From Ostreococcus lucimarinus (Eukaryota): DNA of 64,000 nt. The notes beneath the pieces were generated by a model. The model made no database searches. It was not told where the DNA came from and saw nothing but the letters and a program-made list of their open reading frames with translations. The stretch lies in NCBI GenBank assembly GCA_000092065.1, contig CP000581.1; one strand, written 5' to 3'. Numbering within the stretch: position 1 is the stretch's first letter; each line of letters opens with the position of its first letter. The position numbers and the translations under genes were made by a program. Positions 57,313-64,000 of the stretch are shown here, piece after piece.

Positions 57313-58368
57313 CTAGGCGCCGTATCCGAACACTTGTCGAATGCGACCGAAGATTAAATTCTTCCACCCGTTTTCGGTGGTGTCCATCACCGTCTCGTTG
57401 CCGAACTTGTCGCACTCCGGGACGTTGGTTTGCACGAGGTCGACGAAGCAGTTGCCGGGCTCGGGCTCGCGAAACGTGACGGTGACGACGGAGAAGTGGT
57501 CGTCGGGCCACGACGAGAATCGCCAGTTTTGAACTATTTTTTCGCCCGGAACGTACTCCGTCGTTTCGCCTTGAACGTTTCCGTCGAACATTTCGAATTT
57601 ACCCGTCGAACCGTTCAATCCGGACGCTCGACTTTGCGTGAAATGTTGCACGCGATTTCCGTCGAGCAAGGCGTCGCAAATATCTCTCGGGCGACAGTAA
57701 AAATTCTCCGTCAGCCGGATGGTGTGGTTCGTTTGCGATAACGGCGCGGTTTTATCGCTCCTAGGCACCGACGCGCTCGATTTCGCCTTGGCCGCCTTGG
57801 CCGCCTCGGCCGCCTCGGCCGCCTCGGCCGCCGCCTCGGCGCTCGCCGGCGCGTCGCCTCCCGGCCCGCCCGCCGCCATCTCCTTCACCCACGTCCTCAC
57901 GCCCTCTAAAACCTTCGGCACGATCGATTTCAAAATCAGCGCCTTCACTCGCGCGTCCTCGTTCGTATCGTTCGCCGGCACCACGACGCACTCCGGGTCC
58001 TCGTCCGCGTTTTCGTCCGCCACGTACGGCAGCCGAATCTTCCCGTCGCGCGTCTTCCCGTCCCTCAGCTCCGCGACGTACGACATCTCCAGCTCCAGCT
58101 CGTACCCGGGTATAATTTTTCCTTTTCTTTTGTTCACGTACGCCTCGCCCTCGCACTTCGTCACGCCCGTCACCGCGACGCGCGTCACGACGCCGTCGCC
58201 ATCGCCGTCGCCGTCGCCGTCGATCGCGCGTCGCGCGCACAGCGCGTCCAATCGCGCGCGCGCCCAGGGCAGGGCGTCCTTCTCCTGCCAGTGCCACCCG
58301 TGGACGTTGGTGCCGTCCGCGCGATCCTCGACGATCCATCGCGCGTCGCCCTCGCCCGCGCGCGCCAT
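57313..58368 (-). CDS. AHA1: Activator of Hsp90 ATPase (Aha1)
   Basis: MARAGEGDARWIVEDRADGTNVHGWHWQEKDALPWA matches the Aha1 N-terminus (MAKWGEGDPRWIVEERADATNVNNWHW); C-terminal AHSA1/SRPBCC domain ...ICDALLDGNRVQHFTQS...FSSWPDDHFSVVTVTF...GNCFVDLVQTNVPE. Linker carries an Ala/Glu repeat AEAAEAAEAAKAAKA encoded by (GCCTCGGCC)n at about 57781-57850. Confidence 0.8.
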   Translation of the reverse strand: MARAGEGDARWIVEDRADGTNVHGWHWQEKDALPWARARLDALCARRAIDGDGDGDGDGVVTRVAVTGVTKCEGEAYVNKRKGKIIPGYELELEMSYVAELRDGKTRDGKIRLPYVADENADEDPECVVVPANDTNEDARVKALILKSIVPKVLEGVRTWVKEMAAGGPGGDAPASAEAAAEAAEAAEAAKAAKAKSSASVPRSDKTAPLSQTNHTIRLTENFYCRPRDICDALLDGNRVQHFTQSRASGLNGSTGKFEMFDGNVQGETTEYVPGEKIVQNWRFSSWPDDHFSVVTVTFREPEPGNCFVDLVQTNVPECDKFGNETVMDTTENGWKNLIFGRIRQVFGYGA

Positions 58369-58558
58369 CGCTTCTCGAAGCTTCGCGGCGCGGAGTGGCG
58401 ATCGATCGCCGCGCGACGGTCGACCCTCGGCGCGAGGGTCGAGGCGCGCGCGCGAACCTCGCGGCGAGGGTCGCGGCGCGCGCGCGACGACGCGCGGGGA
58501 CCGACCGTCGCGCGCGACGGACGACGCGCGCGACAGACGACGACGACGACGACGCGCG

Positions 58559-59160
58559 ATGCGGGCGGCGGCGACGACGACGATGCTGGGACGCTCGACG
58601 ACGACGGGCGCGCGCGCGCGCGCGCGCGCGGCGCCGGCGCGCGCGTCGACGCGGAAATATCCGGTCGTCTCGAGGTTTTCGGCGACGCGCGACGCGAGGA
58701 CGGGCGCGGGCGCGTTTCGCAACGCGCCGGAGCCGCAGACGGAGGAAGAGGAGGGGTCGGTTTTGGATTTCCCGGAGGAGTACCAGCGCGCGGTGCCGTC
58801 GAGACGACCGGACATATTTCCAGACCTGAAGGAGCCGAAGACGCCGATGCCGCGACCGATGCCGGGCGACCCGGAGATGCCAGGTACGCGACGACGACGT
58901 CTCGTGTGGTCACCGTGTTGACTAATTTTTTACGCGCAGATGAGGAGGAAGAGGAGAAGGAGCGCAAGGAGAATCCCGGTGAACCGGGGGTAAGTTTTGG
59001 TTTCGACCGACGCGCGTTCGCGACTCGAGCTCGCGCGAACGCTCGACTGACTCCTCGCTTTCGCGTCGCGTCGTAGGAAAAACCGGAAGATGAGGAAGAA
59101 GAAGAAAACGAAAAGAAGAAGAAGAAGAAGATCAAGAAGGATGACGAAGAAGAAGAGTGA
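58559..59160 (+). CDS. Hypothetical three-exon gene: transit-peptide-like N-terminus, disordered Pro-rich middle, poly-E/poly-K C-terminus; join(58559..58883,58940..58989,59077..59160)
   Basis: Exon 1 (internal part of ORF 57719..58921): MRAAATTTMLGRSTTTGARARARAAPARASTRKYPVVSRF...EEYQRAVPSRRPDIFPDLKEPKTPMPRPMPGDPEMP. Donor CCAG|GTACGC, branch TTGACTAAT, acceptor CGCGCAG; 50-nt exon 2 encodes DEEEEEKERKENPGEPG; donor GGG|GTAAGT, branch CGACTGACTCC, acceptor GTCGTAG; exon 3 encodes EKPEDEEEEENEKKKKKKIKKDDEEEE then TGA. All junctions are in frame and the terminal stop closes the frame exactly. Confidence 0.4.
58884..58939 (+). other. intron 1 of hypothetical gene, 56 nt, phase 1
   Basis: GTACGCGACGACGACGTCTCGTGTGGTCACCGTGTTGACTAATTTTTTACGCGCAG. 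Confidence 0.45.
58990..59076 (+). other. intron 2 of hypothetical gene, 87 nt, phase 0
   Basis: GTAAGTTTTGG...CGCTCGACTGACTCCTCGCTTTCGCGTCGCGTCGTAG; acceptor position corroborated by an ORF-track stop at 59074-59076 in another frame. Confidence 0.45.
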
Positions 59161-59234
59161 GAGAAAAGTAGAAGATGAGTTGTCACGATGCGTAAATAGT
59201 TCTTCGCTATCTCAGACGCCTATCCTCCTAATTC

Positions 59235-60248
59235 CTAATCTATCGTCCTAATGCTAATGTTAATGCGCGTGTGGGAGATGTATTCCGCGAACTCTTCATC
59301 CCAGGCATCGGCGCCGAGCGCGTCAGGAAGCTCGAATCCACGCTCGTTTGATTCGAAGACCCTCGGCACGCCGTGGTAACAGTTTCGCGACTCTCCGCCG
59401 AGGATCACGGCGTCGCCCGTTCGCAGCACCAGGGCCGTCGGTGCGCGGTTTCGGTCTTCGTATCCGAGTAGGAAAATTGCGGGACACCCGAGAGAAATAC
59501 TCACTATCGGGCGGTCCAAATTGGACTCAGCGTCGTCCACATGCCCATTCAACGTGTCGCCCGGTTGATAATAATTCACCAATCCCGCCTGCGCCTCAAA
59601 TTCCCAGTTTTCCGGCGCCACGCTCGCGATTCGCCGCGTCAAACTCACGAGCTCTTCGCTTATCGCCCGTCTCGGCACGTCCGGTTCGTATATCCGCGAC
59701 GTCCAGTTGAATGAAGGGCCCACCGTCGCCCAACGCAGCTTTGATAGCAACCGCCTGGCGAGGAGTCGCTCGTCAGCGTCGCCTCGCTTCACCTCACGCG
59801 CTGGCCTGGCCCATCGCTCACCATCGATTAACATCAAATCCTCCCGCGCGGCGTCCCACAACCCAGGAGGCAAGTCTCCGAGCTCTTTTCCAAAGTTTGT
59901 TCGCGCCGGCGGCTCGCACAGCTCCGTCGCCGCCGCTCGCACCCACGTCCGCTGTTCATCGCTCGACAGCGCGTTCGAGACGTAATAAAACCCCGGATGC
60001 TCGTCCAGGGCGTAGACTTTCACCGCGCCTTCCTCGCGCGCGAGCGTCGCGCCGTGCGCGTTCGCCGCGTCCTTCGACAGGTCGAGCGCGTCGCGCAGGT
60101 CTACCGGCTCGGCGACGAATCGACCGCCCCTGCGTCGTCCGTTCGCGCTCGTTCGGAACTGCTCGACGAGTTTCAGCTGGTACTTTTTCTCCGCCGCGCG
60201 AAACGCGGTTTGCGCCGGGGGATCGGTGCCGGGATCGCGAGCGTACAT
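59235..60248 (-). CDS. AlkB-family 2OG/Fe(II) dioxygenase, ALKBH1-like
   Basis: KVYALDEHPGFYYVSNAL, LLSKLRWATVGPSFNW, LVNYYQPGDTLNGHVDDAE...RPIVSISLGCPAIFLLG...SRNCYHGVPRV align with ALKBH1 blocks (KGYPGFIFIPNPFL; LLEKLRWVTVGYHYNW; ILNYYRLDSTLGIHVDRSE...SFSFGQSAIFLLG). Start at MYARDPG, only 38 nt downstream of the DHX15 stop. Confidence 0.65.
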   Translation of the reverse strand: MYARDPGTDPPAQTAFRAAEKKYQLKLVEQFRTSANGRRRGGRFVAEPVDLRDALDLSKDAANAHGATLAREEGAVKVYALDEHPGFYYVSNALSSDEQRTWVRAAATELCEPPARTNFGKELGDLPPGLWDAAREDLMLIDGERWARPAREVKRGDADERLLARRLLSKLRWATVGPSFNWTSRIYEPDVPRRAISEELVSLTRRIASVAPENWEFEAQAGLVNYYQPGDTLNGHVDDAESNLDRPIVSISLGCPAIFLLGYEDRNRAPTALVLRTGDAVILGGESRNCYHGVPRVFESNERGFELPDALGADAWDEEFAEYISHTRINISIRTID

Positions 60249-60286
60249 CCGCGCAGTGAGGTTGGTTCGGTTGCTATTCACAAAGA

Positions 60287-62623
<2,337 letters not shown>

Positions 62624-62639
62624 TCACTAAAGCGAAGCG

Positions 62640-63498
62640 TTACAACATCATACCGCCGGACGCGCCTTGATGACCGTGACGCGCGATCTCGGGACGACCG
62701 CGACGCTGCGAGAGCTCGCCCAACACCGGTGGGACGTCGCTGCCCTGAATGAACGTCCTGTGAATGCCCGACGCGTCGACGGCGTTGAGGCGAATGCAAC
62801 CGCCCGAGGAACCGTCGACGGACATCGCGAGGGCGATAGCCTTGGCGACGAACGCCTCGCACTCCTCCCGGGTCATCCCTTCGCGCCACCCGCTGTCTAA
62901 AAAACCCCAAATATACGTCGACCCGCTGCCGTCGGTGGTCCATCGCTCCTTGATCATGTTCCCGCCCGCCGTGCACGCGTACACCTGCGACCCGCGGCGC
63001 TTGTCCCAACCGCCCACGATGGTGTACGCGCTCAGCCCTCGGCCTCGATTCGCGCCCTTGTTCTGATACCCTATTTGATTCGCGATCGTCGCCACCGTTT
63101 TCACGTCCGCGATTTCGTCCAGCTCCATCTCGTGCTGACTCACGATGTTTCGCACGTACCCCGCGAGCGCCTCGGTGTCCGCCGCGGAGCCGGATCGACA
63201 CATGATCGTGCGATCGTTCAGCGCGCACATCTTATCCGACGCCCGGTTCGAGACGTATATCCCTGCGCGCGCGTCGCGATCGACGGCGTCGTCGCGTCGT
63301 CGTCAGTCTTCGCGCTCGATCGCGTCGTCGTCGAGTCAAACGCCGCGGTCGTCGTTCGAACCGCTCGCGCGCGTTCGCACCCGTGCTGACGCGAGAGTCC
63401 GCGCCGAGGACCACGCCGCCGGCGTATTCGCACGCGACGATGGTCGTCCCCGTGTGCGGGGCCTCGCTCGCGTCCGCGTCGCGCGCGTCGAGGCCCAT
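62640..63498 (-). CDS. PSMB6: Proteasome subunit beta type-1 (PSMB6/Pre3-like, catalytic Thr1); join(complement(63381..63498),complement(62640..63262))
   Basis: Exon 1 (inside ORF 63232..63990): [40 protein letters not shown] (propeptide + Thr1). Exon 2 in the frame of ORF 62640..63230, extended 11 codons upstream: (G)[32 protein letters not shown]... Spliced product aligns with PSMB6 [53 protein letters not shown]. Confidence 0.8.
63263..63380 (-). other. intron (proteasome beta1), 118 nt, phase 1
   Basis: Donor GTGCGA after ...AGCACGG; branch GAAGACTGACGACG about 38 nt upstream of acceptor GCGCGCAG|GG. Confidence 0.7.
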
Positions 63499-63648
63499 GT
63501 CGACGTCGAGCGCGCGATTGTGTCGCGCGGCGGGCGCGCGCGGTCGCACATCTCGACGCCGACGTCGCGAGACCGCGAGACCGCGCGCTCGGACGAGCGA
63601 AACAATCGTCGCGGGTCGCGTCGCGCGCGCGCGGGCGCGAGAAGCGCC

Positions 63649-64000
63649 ATGCTCGACGCCGGGGCGCGTCGTTTGGGTCGGTGTCACAACGCCCTCGTGA
63701 CGGCGCTGCTCACGGATACGTACCAGCTCACGATGGCGTACGCGTACTGGAGGAACGGCACGCACGACCGACGCGCGGTGTTCGAGCTGTTCTTTCGAGC
63801 GAACCCGTTCCAGGGCGAGTTCACCGTGTTCGCGGGGTTGGAGGAGGCGCTGCGATTCGTGAGCAACTTTGAGTTTACGGAGCGGGACGTGGAGTACTTG
63901 AAATCGACGCCCGTGGGGGAGAACATGGAGGATGAGTTCTTCGAGTTTCTCCTCGGACTCGACGCGAGCGAGGTGAGGGTATACGCGCAAAAGGAAGGGT
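63649..64000 (+). CDS. NAPRT: Nicotinate phosphoribosyltransferase (NAPRT), 5' part; continues beyond window end
   Basis: MLDAGARRLGRCHNALVTALLTDTYQLTMAYAYWRNGTHDRRAVFELFFRANPFQGEFTVFAGLEEALRFVSNFEFTERDVEYLKS...FLLGLDASEV matches the NAPRT N-terminus (LLTDLYQFTMAYGYWKAGRH...VFELFFR..PFGGEFTVFAGLEE.LRF). Confidence 0.8.
   Translation, partial: MLDAGARRLGRCHNALVTALLTDTYQLTMAYAYWRNGTHDRRAVFELFFRANPFQGEFTVFAGLEEALRFVSNFEFTERDVEYLKSTPVGENMEDEFFEFLLGLDASEVRVYAQKEG

Overview
This 64-kb window reads as a very GC-rich, extremely gene-dense stretch of a eukaryotic nuclear chromosome. I support about 44 protein-coding genes on both strands, with typical intergenic gaps of 30-300 nt. Most are housekeeping genes: ISCU, UFL1, PIG-M, TAF12, Trm112, a DUSP-USP deubiquitinase, QTRT1, SKI2, Prp43/DHX15, Aha1, proteasome beta1, ALKBH1-like and NAPRT. 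Several are plastid- or starch-related and carry S/T/R/A-rich N-terminal presequences of the primary-plastid (green) type: a chlorophyll b reductase NOL-like SDR, pullulanase/limit dextrinase, a class-I aldolase, a glycolate-dehydrogenase-type GlcD-GlcF fusion, and a CBM20-containing protein. My inference, with no database search run, is a compact prasinophyte-like green alga (Mamiellophyceae/Micromonas-like). I recognise no rRNA, tRNA, CRISPR array or obvious transposon, and nothing resembling a prokaryotic defence or novel multi-gene system; the 'undescribed system' hypothesis is not supported here. The most useful results are as follows. (1) A highly stereotyped intron class (GTGCGY/GTACGY donor, [G]ACTGAC or GACTAAC branch 25-40 nt upstream, CAG acceptor), which shows that the supplied ORF track misses 5' micro-exons in at least seven genes: ISCU, an RRM protein, a bromodomain protein, Trm112, enoyl-CoA isomerase, plastid aldolase and proteasome beta1. 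(2) One entirely three-exon gene invisible to ORF calling. (3) An unusual LysM-TM-giant coiled-coil-CBM20 protein whose coiled coil is built from near-identical ~140/285-nt DNA repeats. (4) A 1.1-kb repeat-rich promoter with 3 x ~119-bp tandem units carrying a perfect CGCATCGATGCG palindrome upstream of a small bromodomain gene. (5) A transit-peptide-bearing protein with two bacterial-type peptidoglycan-binding (PG_binding_1) domains. Many long ORFs in the track are Arg/Ala-rich antisense artefacts of the GC content, and several ORFs start at GTG or TTG, not ATG. Coordinates were derived by codon arithmetic from the ORF track and may be off by 1-2 nt where they rest on manual indexing.
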